From the IMG/VR virus record IMGVR_UViG_3300020399_000132, positions 1-64,000 of that record: DNA of 64,000 nucleotides, one strand, 5' to 3'. Shown piece after piece: positions 39,595 to 48,495 of the stretch. The notes under the pieces were generated by a model, which was not told the DNA's origin, ran no database searches, and saw only the letters and a list, made by a program, of their open reading frames with translations. This DNA comes from a virus. Taxonomy: Duplodnaviria > Caudoviricetes. The first letter of the stretch is position 1. The number at the start of each line of letters is the position of its first letter. Made by a program: the position numbers and the translations under genes.

Positions 39595-39761
39595 TTCCCT
39601 CCGCGCTTCTTCCACTGCTCAGGATACTTTTCTCGTAATATCTCATCTATAGAATCTTCAAATGCTTTGCTGTTTCTGCCTGGTTTATAAGTACAAGGAA
39701 ATTTAAAATCTTTATTCCCAAAGTTTTTTTTCCAAAAGTTAACTATCTTGTTTATTATCAT
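39591..39761 (-). CDS. 56-aa basic small protein (not in the ORF track)
   Basis: MIINKIVNFWKKNFGNKDFKFPCTYKPGRNSKAFEDSIDEILREKYPEQWKKRGGK*; ATGA overlaps at both ends. Confidence 0.7.
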   Translation of the reverse strand: MIINKIVNFWKKNFGNKDFKFPCTYKPGRNSKAFEDSIDEILREKYPEQWKKRGGK

Positions 39762-41182
39762 ACATGTACCATAGTCAAAAAATCATCATGTGTAATATTG
39801 TTTGAATAATCTATATCGTAATCAGGCTCTGTCCAATCTACATATTTCATATTTTTTGTTTTGTTTAAGTACGGTTTTTCGTAACCAATTAACATTGATG
39901 CAAGGTTAAAATGATTAAAAATGGTTTCTCCTTTTTTACAATATCTCTTTTTAGAAAGAAACATATTCAAATAATCATTATATTCTTCAATGTTTTGTTG
40001 ATTATTCCAATATCTCCAAAATTCGGAATCAGTTCTGTCACTCAATGTATAATGATATTTTACAAATTCTTTTGAATGTTTGAGAAATCTTTTAAGATGC
40101 CTAGATAAAACTTTAGATTCTTTTGAAGTCCATTTCTTTTTCTTTTTATATTGGTCTACAAAATTAATTACCGTCACACAGGTTAACATCAATGAAGTCG
40201 CTTCCATAGGTTCTATAAAACTCTGTGCCAGCCCATTTGATATGCAATTATCGACCGCAACAGTTTTCATAGATCCATTTTCATATTTTATGCAATCAAA
40301 TACAAAATCTATTTGGCCATTCCAAGCATCCTTTAAAATTTTTCTTGCCTCATCATCAGTAGTAAAATAATCTGAATAGATAAATCCCCCCGCAGTTCTA
40401 TTACGTGTGTTCACATCCCACAACCATCCATCAGGTTTTGCAGTCAATTCCGTATAAATTTTATGTTGTTTAGGAACACCTCTGACTTTTCCAGCAACAA
40501 ATTTATTACAAATCATGTCATCATAACTTTCATAATCAGACAATTTTGAAATCAAAACTCTATTAAAACCAGAGCAATCAAAAAATACATCACCATATAC
40601 GGTTTGACCATTTTCTAAACGTAAAAATTCTATACCATTTTCATTTATGCAAACATCTTTTACACCACTGGGAATTAATGTGTAATCTTTGAGATGTTTC
40701 TGTAATGTCGCTCCAAATTTATCTGCTAATATTTGATATGCATGTCCTGGTCGATCACTAATTGTTTTTGGATAAGGAGTTAAATTTTTATCAAGCAAAT
40801 ATTGTTGAGGACCGTGAAATAAATTAAAATATTTTGTGGACATATCTAAATTATTAATACAATACTCAACAGAATCTACTTTTGTTTCTGAAAATTCGAA
40901 AGCATCTTCAAATAAATGATACCACACGCTACCTGAATAATTCCAATCATTAAATTTAATTCCATATTTAAATGTAGCATCACTATCTTTTAACCAAACA
41001 TTTTCTGAAATATTTGCATTTTCGGCTATCAAACGCAATGTCGGTGTTACTGTTTCGCCAACACCAATCGGGTTATTTTGCTCTTCATGAATAACTGTCA
41101 ACTCACAATCAATAGAATTTTTTATATAACTAGCAGTTGTCCAACCTGCGGAACCACCACCGACTACTACGATTCTAACCAT
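39758..41182 (-). CDS. flavin-dependent tryptophan halogenase-like enzyme
   Basis: GGGSAGW, IGVGET, ATFKYGI (catalytic Lys position), DCSGF, GWLW, FIEPMEATS, FW. Confidence 0.9.
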   Translation of the reverse strand: MVRIVVVGGGSAGWTTASYIKNSIDCELTVIHEEQNNPIGVGETVTPTLRLIAENANISENVWLKDSDATFKYGIKFNDWNYSGSVWYHLFEDAFEFSETKVDSVEYCINNLDMSTKYFNLFHGPQQYLLDKNLTPYPKTISDRPGHAYQILADKFGATLQKHLKDYTLIPSGVKDVCINENGIEFLRLENGQTVYGDVFFDCSGFNRVLISKLSDYESYDDMICNKFVAGKVRGVPKQHKIYTELTAKPDGWLWDVNTRNRTAGGFIYSDYFTTDDEARKILKDAWNGQIDFVFDCIKYENGSMKTVAVDNCISNGLAQSFIEPMEATSLMLTCVTVINFVDQYKKKKKWTSKESKVLSRHLKRFLKHSKEFVKYHYTLSDRTDSEFWRYWNNQQNIEEYNDYLNMFLSKKRYCKKGETIFNHFNLASMLIGYEKPYLNKTKNMKYVDWTEPDYDIDYSNNITHDDFLTMVHV

Positions 41183-42312
41183 TGTGTTAAATATGGATGT
41201 AAATAATTTTGAAATTGTTGATTTCGGGAAAAATCAAATAATGTAATTTCTTTAAGCATTTTCTTTTTATTTTCCACATTTCTTTTAAAATATGAATTGC
41301 GTATTTGATTAAACTTTTTCGAATCTATCCGAGGAACTTTTTCTAACAATTGTCTACTTAGATGAATCGGACTTATACCTCGATTATCTGGATATACTTC
41401 ACAATATGAAACATAAACTTTTTTAGGTAAGGTGCAACACCATTGCCAATGATTAAGTAAATCTAAAATATTTAAAGCAGAAACAACAACTGCAATATTA
41501 ACTCTTCCTAAATTTGTAGAAGTTCTTAAAAATAATCTTATAGATTTATCTAGGTCATCAAATGATTGAGGATATCTTATATATTCGTAACCTTCTTCTA
41601 CCGAATCTATACTTAATTTAGGATGTTGCTTTTTAAATTTATTTAATTTTTCAATTAATTGATCGTTAAATAATGTCCCATTAGTATGATATGCGAGAAT
41701 GGTATTTTTAGCCCAACCTTCACTAATATATTTATCAAGGAGTTTTAAAACTTGTGCATCAAAAAAAGGTTCCCCTCCGCTGAATCTAAGTTCCTTTAAG
41801 GGATTATTTAAAAGCCAATTATATTGTTTTGAATTAGAAGTTTTGGGAATTTCAATTCGCCCTCTAAATTTACCAGATGTAGACTCTTCAACTTCATGAA
41901 GTAAACCTTCTCTGCTAAAGAATTCATAATCTAACATTAATCTATGACTCGTTTGGGGATCACACATTCTACATGCCAGATTGCATTTATTAGAAAAAAT
42001 GAAATCAACTACATCTAATTTTCCTCTAGGAATAGTATCATCATTATGGATTCTGAAAGATTCTATACCTCTTTCTTCCATATCCCAACAAGTTTTACAA
42101 AATGGATGTTTTTTATTATTAGATAAAGCTTCACGTAATTCTTTAAATTGTTTTGAATTAAAAGCTTCTTCGGGGGTAAGATCTGTCTCTTCCCATTCCA
42201 TTGGATCTTCCCAATCAGGGCGCGACATATTACAACAAGGATGAAACCATTTAATTTTGTCTCCATCCCAATCTCTAATTGTAATTTGTTTAAAGGGATA
42301 ACTACATAACAT
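41167..42312 (-). CDS. radical SAM enzyme with N-terminal Twitch-like domain
   Basis: CSYPF, PCC, CKTCW; CNLACRMC, SGGEP, TNG; closest paralog is 22652-23827. Confidence 0.92.
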   Translation of the reverse strand: MLCSYPFKQITIRDWDGDKIKWFHPCCNMSRPDWEDPMEWEETDLTPEEAFNSKQFKELREALSNNKKHPFCKTCWDMEERGIESFRIHNDDTIPRGKLDVVDFIFSNKCNLACRMCDPQTSHRLMLDYEFFSREGLLHEVEESTSGKFRGRIEIPKTSNSKQYNWLLNNPLKELRFSGGEPFFDAQVLKLLDKYISEGWAKNTILAYHTNGTLFNDQLIEKLNKFKKQHPKLSIDSVEEGYEYIRYPQSFDDLDKSIRLFLRTSTNLGRVNIAVVVSALNILDLLNHWQWCCTLPKKVYVSYCEVYPDNRGISPIHLSRQLLEKVPRIDSKKFNQIRNSYFKRNVENKKKMLKEITLFDFSRNQQFQNYLHPYLTQWLES

Positions 42313-43097
42313 TATTCTACATTAAAATCATCACTCGCGAAGCCGGCTTCCCAACCAAACTTTTTAATTTCAGTAGGATCAGCACAAGTCTCTTCGCTCT
42401 CGCCAGTTACATTTTTAAAATCAATTGAATCGATATCAAAATCTTTCGGTGAATGTTCTTTAGCAAAATCATAAACAGATTTTGGTGTTCCATATCCAAT
42501 ATCAAAAACCTTAGGAAATTTTTTCCATACAGGAGTTTCAGTCATTAGTAAATATATAGCTTTTACACAATCTTTTACATATAACCAATCTCTCGTATGA
42601 GTTGTTAAATAATTAATATTTCCTTCTTGTAATTGTCTATAAAACATATCAGGTCGCGATTGAGGTCCCCATACTGTGAAGAATCTCATTCCTATAGCAT
42701 TAGTTGGTGCCATTGCTTCACAGGCCCCTTTAGTCATTGCGTAAGGACTTTTCATATCTGAAACAGAAGAACTCGATGCATATAAGATTTTAGAATTTTT
42801 ATAAGTATCAAAAATACGTTTTGTTCCCTTAATATTTACTTCATAATATTCTTTTAAATATTTTGGATCCCAACTATTACGAACACCGGCTCTTGCGGCT
42901 AAATGAACTACAACTTTTGCATCGGTATGGGGTAGGGGGTCTGTAGTGATGTCACAATCAGAGTGAGGAACTTCGCGATCTTCCCAACCTAATCCGGAAC
43001 AATTATCAATACCATAAACATCATGGCCCTCTTCAGATAAAAAATTATATAAATGATGGCCAATAAATCCTTTGACACCTGTTATTAATATTTTCAT
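42312..43097 (-). CDS. NAD-dependent nucleotide-sugar epimerase/dehydratase
   Basis: ITGVKGFIG, HLAA.AGVR.S, YASSS, YAMTK, RFFTV.GP. Confidence 0.9.
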   Translation of the reverse strand: MKILITGVKGFIGHHLYNFLSEEGHDVYGIDNCSGLGWEDREVPHSDCDITTDPLPHTDAKVVVHLAARAGVRNSWDPKYLKEYYEVNIKGTKRIFDTYKNSKILYASSSSVSDMKSPYAMTKGACEAMAPTNAIGMRFFTVWGPQSRPDMFYRQLQEGNINYLTTHTRDWLYVKDCVKAIYLLMTETPVWKKFPKVFDIGYGTPKSVYDFAKEHSPKDFDIDSIDFKNVTGESEETCADPTEIKKFGWEAGFASDDFNVE

Positions 43098-43741
43098 TAT
43101 AACCATTCCTTTAATGTTGTTTCAAGTAATCGCCAATATTCAAAAGATTTCTCTTCAAAGATTTGAGGTTCTTCATTCTCAACTGCTATTACTATAACAA
43201 TATTATTTATTGGGATTTTGGTTCTTTCTTCAAACATTATTGAATAAGCAGTCGCCTGAAGAAAATATTCTTCAACCCATTCTCTTTTTTTATATTTTCC
43301 TGAAGTCTTCCAATCTAAAATTGCTTTTTGGCCTTTCCAATCGGCAACGCAATCGCAACGACCAGCAACTCCTAATTGTTTGCTCCATAACGGAATTTCA
43401 ATGCCGGCAATATTAGCAAGATTATTATCTAGGTGGGGTTTGATAGTATTGAACATCTCTTGAACATTTGGTTGAGAATCTTCAAAATAATTTTCTTTAT
43501 TTGAAATATAATTTTCTACAACTTTATGTACTTTTGTTCCACGACGAGTGGCTTGAGTTGTTATTTTGTTGGCTTCTTCTTCACCAATTCTAGCTCTCCA
43601 CTCTTTAAAGAATTGAGCTTTTTTTCTACCTAATACTGTTGTAATGGATGGAAATGATCCGTCGGGGGTTTGATAAACTCTGGATCCGTTTGTGGTGGTT
43701 GCATCTAATTCTTCAAATTCAAGTTCTACATGATCAAACAT
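43097..43741 (-). CDS. PD-(D/E)XK exonuclease
   Basis: PSITTVL, RGT.VH, AGRCDC, DWKTS, QATAY. Confidence 0.88.
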   Translation of the reverse strand: MFDHVELEFEELDATTTNGSRVYQTPDGSFPSITTVLGRKKAQFFKEWRARIGEEEANKITTQATRRGTKVHKVVENYISNKENYFEDSQPNVQEMFNTIKPHLDNNLANIAGIEIPLWSKQLGVAGRCDCVADWKGQKAILDWKTSGKYKKREWVEEYFLQATAYSIMFEERTKIPINNIVIVIAVENEEPQIFEEKSFEYWRLLETTLKEWL

Positions 43742-43997
43742 TCATCTTACTTCCCGGATAATTCCTTTTCATTTGTTTCAGATGATCTGTGAAAGCTTCA
43801 TCGGGTTTTTTTCGATGACCCTTAGCAGTTGTACCTGAAATATTATCATAAACAAACGTCGGGCATGCAACTTTCATTTTTATCTTCCCATTGCATTCAG
43901 GACATTGGCTTTCCAAAGGCTCATTCCTTCTTGCAATAGGAAGAATATCTTCAAATTCAAAATCACATTCCTCACATTCATAATCATATGTTGGCAT
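43734..43997 (-). CDS. FmdB-family zinc-ribbon protein
   Basis: MPTYDYECEEC...CPEC. Confidence 0.85.
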   Translation of the reverse strand: MPTYDYECEECDFEFEDILPIARRNEPLESQCPECNGKIKMKVACPTFVYDNISGTTAKGHRKKPDEAFTDHLKQMKRNYPGSKMNV

Positions 43998-44000
43998 AAT

Positions 44001-44618
44001 CTACCTATAAAATATATGCGTATCTATTTTTACTGTTTTTTTCTTATATTTTGCCCATCTAGGGTCATCGATATAATCAGCGTGATAATATGTTGCTCCA
44101 TCTGTTATATCTCTTAAATCTTCAGCATTTTTATAATAGTAATTTGCTAAATCTTGAACCTTATTCCAAGTTGGTCCTGGATATGGAGAATCATGTCTTC
44201 CGTCACAATACCAACTGAATTGGCATCGATCTCGTTTAGGAAAACCACTTGCGAAGTGTTTTCCTTCATAAACTACTTTGCAATAAGAATTAGGAAAATA
44301 CTTACTACTTACTCTATTATGAGTTACATGGGCAACCGCTAATTTTCCAGCCGTACTTTCTACAGCAGCTTCAAAATATATATTTAAAGCTAGACAAGCT
44401 ATTTCATCTTGTGCTGCAGATATTAGAGTAGACGGATCCATTAGTTGTGGGGCCACGCGCATTAAATTTTTCTTTTCAATAATTTCAGGAAGTATTTGAT
44501 GCTCAAAGCGAGGTATATTTATTTTCGCTGCATTAGCATCTGATTCCTGAATAATTATTTTTACTGGGTAAGTAATTACTACTACTACCGCCATAACAAA
44601 AACTATTAAAAATTTCAT
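44001..44618 (-). CDS. cell wall hydrolase (SleB/Hydrolase_2 family)
   Basis: N-terminal signal/TM segment; CLALNIYFEA, NRV, CQFSWYCDG, GATYYHA, HIFY. Confidence 0.9.
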   Translation of the reverse strand: MKFLIVFVMAVVVVITYPVKIIIQESDANAAKINIPRFEHQILPEIIEKKNLMRVAPQLMDPSTLISAAQDEIACLALNIYFEAAVESTAGKLAVAHVTHNRVSSKYFPNSYCKVVYEGKHFASGFPKRDRCQFSWYCDGRHDSPYPGPTWNKVQDLANYYYKNAEDLRDITDGATYYHADYIDDPRWAKYKKKTVKIDTHIFYR

Positions 44619-44673
44619 ATAATCCTTGATTAGAAGTTAGTAAATCACACTTCCATAATTATTATAATAAATT

Positions 44674-45138
44674 TTATGTATTGCTGTTGCTGGTTTTTTG
44701 CATAGGTGGTATAAGATGGGGAAAAGTCTCACTTACGAGCTTATAAGTTAAACCACGAATACCGAGATCTTTCTTCTTCATGTTCACAAGATACTCAGCT
44801 TCTCTTGGTGTAATACTCTCTAACATTGATATATACATTGTCTCTCTTCTAGCTGGTTCTATGGTATTTCCTGTGCAAAAAGTTACACCCCCCGGACCTT
44901 CAACAAAATATCTTAATTTGCGAATTTGTCCGTAAAGCAGTGTTGAACCCGGATCTTCTGCACCGGCGTTAAATGGAGGTCTTCCCTCAGGTAACAAAAA
45001 CTTTACATCTGGATGAAATGTATACCACAATAAGTTTTCCAAATGGTCAGTTTGATTTTGTTTGAGTAAGTCTCCTCTTTCTTTTTGACTCTTTGCTTTG
45101 TCAACCAATTCCAATAATTGCATTAATGATAAAGCCAT
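44674..45138 (-). CDS. conserved T4-like phage hypothetical protein
   Basis: LPEG.PP and RRE.MYI.MLE...P.EA motifs, of a type usually found beside rnh. Confidence 0.65.
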   Translation of the reverse strand: MALSLMQLLELVDKAKSQKERGDLLKQNQTDHLENLLWYTFHPDVKFLLPEGRPPFNAGAEDPGSTLLYGQIRKLRYFVEGPGGVTFCTGNTIEPARRETMYISMLESITPREAEYLVNMKKKDLGIRGLTYKLVSETFPHLIPPMQKTSNSNT

Positions 45139-45140
45139 AA

Positions 45141-45998
45141 TTAAAACTCCTGTATCGATTCAGTCATATCTTTAAGTCGATGCTTAATAAAATAATTGAG
45201 CATTCTGTCGCGACCCAAATATTGGTCGCTTTCATACTTTGTTCTTATATTTATAGCGATCTTATCTGGTATACAGCCAAGATCTATTAAAACCTCATTG
45301 CGTTTAAAGTTCCTTAAAATCTCCCCTTCAAATGCCTTTTCCGGTACTATATTTAGCCAATCCATGATCTTCTTCTTCGACATTGGCTTCTGTCTTAATC
45401 CTTCTACCAAACAAGCGTCATTTGAAAGAATGTTAGGTATACCGTCACTTCTGTCTCCTTTTACTATCAAAGCACGCAATTGGCCAGCCGGATCTGGCTC
45501 TTTAATAAATTTTTTAGTTCGGGGCGACCATTGAAAAACATTAGGATATTTTTGCAATTGGATAAAATCTTTATCAGAAGAAACTATCAATATATTATAA
45601 TCTCTATGAGAATATTCTTTACAAATAACTCCGATAATATCATCTGCTTCACATCCTTCCAAAGTAACTACTCTGTAAGGCATATTTTCTGCTATTTCAT
45701 TTCGTATAAGATCCATACTATCAAATAGCACTTGCCAATCTACATTTTGTTTATTTTCTTCTCTTGCTTTCTTTCTATTGGCCTTATAAAAAGGATAAAT
45801 GTCTTTGCGCCAATTTTTTTTATTATCACAACAAAAAACAACTTCTTTTCCATACTTATTGCTAAATTTATTCTTGATCATTTTAATATTATTAAGAACC
45901 ATATGCCTCATCGTGGCATCTTCTTTACCTGGTTCAAATAGTTTACGGAATCCCATAAAATTAGCAATTACCATCTGGTTATAATCAATTAATATCAT
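45141..45998 (-). CDS. rnh: T4-like RNase H (5'-3' exonuclease)
   Basis: MILIDYNQ, WRK...YKANR, EADDII, SSDKDF.QLQ, GDRSDGIPN. Confidence 0.95.
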   Translation of the reverse strand: MILIDYNQMVIANFMGFRKLFEPGKEDATMRHMVLNNIKMIKNKFSNKYGKEVVFCCDNKKNWRKDIYPFYKANRKKAREENKQNVDWQVLFDSMDLIRNEIAENMPYRVVTLEGCEADDIIGVICKEYSHRDYNILIVSSDKDFIQLQKYPNVFQWSPRTKKFIKEPDPAGQLRALIVKGDRSDGIPNILSNDACLVEGLRQKPMSKKKIMDWLNIVPEKAFEGEILRNFKRNEVLIDLGCIPDKIAINIRTKYESDQYLGRDRMLNYFIKHRLKDMTESIQEF

Positions 45999-45999
45999 A

Positions 46000-46770
46000 T
46001 TATTTTTTTCGTTTTTTAATTTTAATTTTCGGCCCCAGTTTTATTTTCTCTTTCTTCTTTTTTGTTGTGATTATTATTTCACATTCTTCTATCATCATAT
46101 CATAAAATTTAATTAATCTATTTTGTTGGTGGCCGCTCATATGGCTATATGCCTCTTTAAAATCTACATCTCCTGCTTTGGCTAATTTTATTTCACTGGC
46201 TAGATCTTCAATATGTGGTTTTAAATGTTTAGCAACCGGTTTTGAAACTTTATTACGTTCTAAAAACTGTTTGAAATTAAATTTCTTTTTAAATTCTTCT
46301 TCAACTTGTTCATCAATAACATCTTCTATATCATATTTTAATTTTTTCGCTGCATCTCGAATTCTTTGCTGAATATCTGGCTTTATTCTTTCCTTTGACT
46401 CTACTATTACTTTACGTTGCTTAGCAATCTCTTCTATCTTTTTTAATTTTTGAATAAAGAGCTCTTCATATTCTTCTGGTAAACTCTTTAATCCTCTTAT
46501 TTTCATTCGAGCAATATAACCAACATGATTTCCAACCTCGATTAAATCGGTAATTTTAAGTTTTCCGGGAGATTTACTTTTTACTTTATTTTTTTTATAA
46601 TATTCTTGAACAAAATTCATACTCTCTTTAAAATCAAAAAATTTATAATACCATCTAAAGGCTCCATGAATTTCAGATTTTAATTCTTCGTCCGGTAAAC
46701 TATCCCAATCAATTGGATCCGGTTCGTCTCCCATATATTTTGCATTAATACTTCTTTTTGAAAAAGCCAT
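46000..46770 (-). CDS. hypothetical protein
   Basis: 256-aa lysine-rich ORF in operon context. Confidence 0.6.
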   Translation of the reverse strand: MAFSKRSINAKYMGDEPDPIDWDSLPDEELKSEIHGAFRWYYKFFDFKESMNFVQEYYKKNKVKSKSPGKLKITDLIEVGNHVGYIARMKIRGLKSLPEEYEELFIQKLKKIEEIAKQRKVIVESKERIKPDIQQRIRDAAKKLKYDIEDVIDEQVEEEFKKKFNFKQFLERNKVSKPVAKHLKPHIEDLASEIKLAKAGDVDFKEAYSHMSGHQQNRLIKFYDMMIEECEIIITTKKKKEKIKLGPKIKIKKRKK

Positions 46771-47460
46771 TTAACTACTTTCATACTCTCCGAGTGTTAC
46801 GTTATATAATTCTTTTAGCTCACACATTATATAATGTAATATAACAGACATAATTCCTTCACATTTTTCCATATGATTTAAATTAATATGTATATAATTT
46901 GAGAGTTCATCTTTCAAAATTCCTCCATCATATCCCAAAATGCCGTAAGTTGCTAGCCCGTTTAAATGTGCCCATTCAACGGCCTCTATAAGATTTTTAC
47001 TATTACCACTGCCACTGAGTACTAATAATCCATCACCTTTATTAGCATAAGCTACAAGTTGATGCTTAAATATATTATCGTAAGAATCATCGTTAGATGT
47101 AGCAGTAATGAAACCGATATCGTTACAAAGAGATATAGCTTTGATTCTAGGTCTTGAAATTCCATTTTCAATTGTCCCTTTAGTTAAATCTTGTGCGAAA
47201 TGATTGGAATTACATGCACTTCCTCCATTTCCGCATATAAAAAATTGGTTTTCATTTATATATATGTTCCAAATGCCCTTTAATAGTTCATCAAGTTGAC
47301 TTTCCGAAACTAAATGCAGAGAATTACTTATAGAAGTAACATGTGATCTCCATCCGGATGTATCCTTTAATAATTCTATTTCTGAATTTGCTTTCATTTC
47401 AGGCATACTTTCTGATAAAGTGTTATCTGACCATTTTACTGATATATTTTTATTTTTCAT
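46771..47460 (-). CDS. gmhA: phosphoheptose isomerase (SIS domain)
   Basis: CGNGGSA..S.HFA.D, TA.SND..Y..IF..Q, SGSGNS.N. Confidence 0.88.
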   Translation of the reverse strand: MKNKNISVKWSDNTLSESMPEMKANSEIELLKDTSGWRSHVTSISNSLHLVSESQLDELLKGIWNIYINENQFFICGNGGSACNSNHFAQDLTKGTIENGISRPRIKAISLCNDIGFITATSNDDSYDNIFKHQLVAYANKGDGLLVLSGSGNSKNLIEAVEWAHLNGLATYGILGYDGGILKDELSNYIHINLNHMEKCEGIMSVILHYIMCELKELYNVTLGEYESS

Positions 47461-47543
47461 AGCGCCACACTTTGCATATAACCAGCATAAATCATGATCC
47501 CAATCAGAAAGAGTGTGATAAAAAGGACAATATAATCATTCAT
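47457..47543 (-). CDS. 28-aa hydrophobic peptide (not in the ORF track)
   Basis: MNDYIVLFITLFLIGIMIYAGYMQSVAL*; fills the gap and overlaps both neighbours. Confidence 0.5.
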   Translation of the reverse strand: MNDYIVLFITLFLIGIMIYAGYMQSVAL

Positions 47544-48495
47544 TGTAAAACACTATTCTTGTTCCCTGATTATCAAATCCGACATCAAATGTATCTAAAG
47601 TTCTATTTTTCATATGTATCTCTTTAGCATGATCCGTCATGAAAAGTATATATCCTCCACCGCCAGCTCCACATATTTTACATCCTGTTGCCCAAGAAAT
47701 AGAATTTTGCATAATAGCATTAATTGCATCATTAGTAATTCCTTTAGCAAGAGTATTTTTAATTTGCATGGATTCTGTCATGAGTATACCAAAATCATCG
47801 TACTGTCTATCCTCAAATGCGTCTAAACCCTTAGTACAAAGGTCATATATTTTATTATATTTTTTTAATTTTTTTTCAATAGTATTTTTCTGAGAAGTAA
47901 GAATTGAAGATGATTGTCTATGCTGACCAGTATTAACCAGAACAAACTTTCTTTCAAACTCTGCATCATATTGTAATTCTTCAATTTCTACACTACTATC
48001 TTTAAAAAACCGAAAGTGGTTAAAACCGCCGTAACTAACCGCAAATTGATCTTGTTTGCCAATCGGCTTATCTAAGATTTCAAGCTCAATATGACATGCT
48101 AGATGAGCTATATCGACCTGATTCATTGGCTCTCCGATCCAAGTACTTATAGCATTTATTAATCCAACCAGAATACTTGAAGAGGAAGCTAAGCCAGATC
48201 CCTCAGAAGGGATGTCTGCTAATGTTGTAATTTCGAGTCCGGGACTTACATTAAAATGTCTGAGAACTTCGCGAATATATTCATGCTCGATTTCTTCAAC
48301 ATAACTGACATTTTCTTTTTTAGTATAATTACAAACAAATTGATCTCGATATAATCTATTTAATATAACATAAGTAGATTTATCGATAGCAGCACTTATG
48401 ACTTGACCGCCATTGGGTGATGTAATATAATATTCTGGAATATCGGTTCCGCCCCCGAAAAAACTAATCCGTAGGGGTGTTTGACATACTAACAA
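47536..48495 (-). CDS. GHMP kinase, heptose-7-phosphate 1-kinase (HddA-like)
   Basis: PLRISFFGGGTD, P.GSGLASSS, GKQDQ...YGG, K.CGAGGGG. Confidence 0.88.
   Translation of the reverse strand: MLVCQTPLRISFFGGGTDIPEYYITSPNGGQVISAAIDKSTYVILNRLYRDQFVCNYTKKENVSYVEEIEHEYIREVLRHFNVSPGLEITTLADIPSEGSGLASSSSILVGLINAISTWIGEPMNQVDIAHLACHIELEILDKPIGKQDQFAVSYGGFNHFRFFKDSSVEIEELQYDAEFERKFVLVNTGQHRQSSSILTSQKNTIEKKLKKYNKIYDLCTKGLDAFEDRQYDDFGILMTESMQIKNTLAKGITNDAINAIMQNSISWATGCKICGAGGGGYILFMTDHAKEIHMKNRTLDTFDVGFDNQGTRIVFYNE

Noticed and set aside
10488-42312. Assigning specific names (queE, moaA, pqqE, nrdG) to the radical SAM genes
   Set aside because: Only generic motifs are visible and the partner genes of those pathways are absent
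7017-43097. Scattered ATAAATA-like late promoter motifs within the island
   Set aside because: Expected by chance at this AT content; those I noticed lie inside coding sequence
43097-43741. Cas4-like nuclease suggesting a CRISPR system
   Set aside because: No repeat-spacer array or other cas genes seen; this exonuclease family is common in T4-like phages
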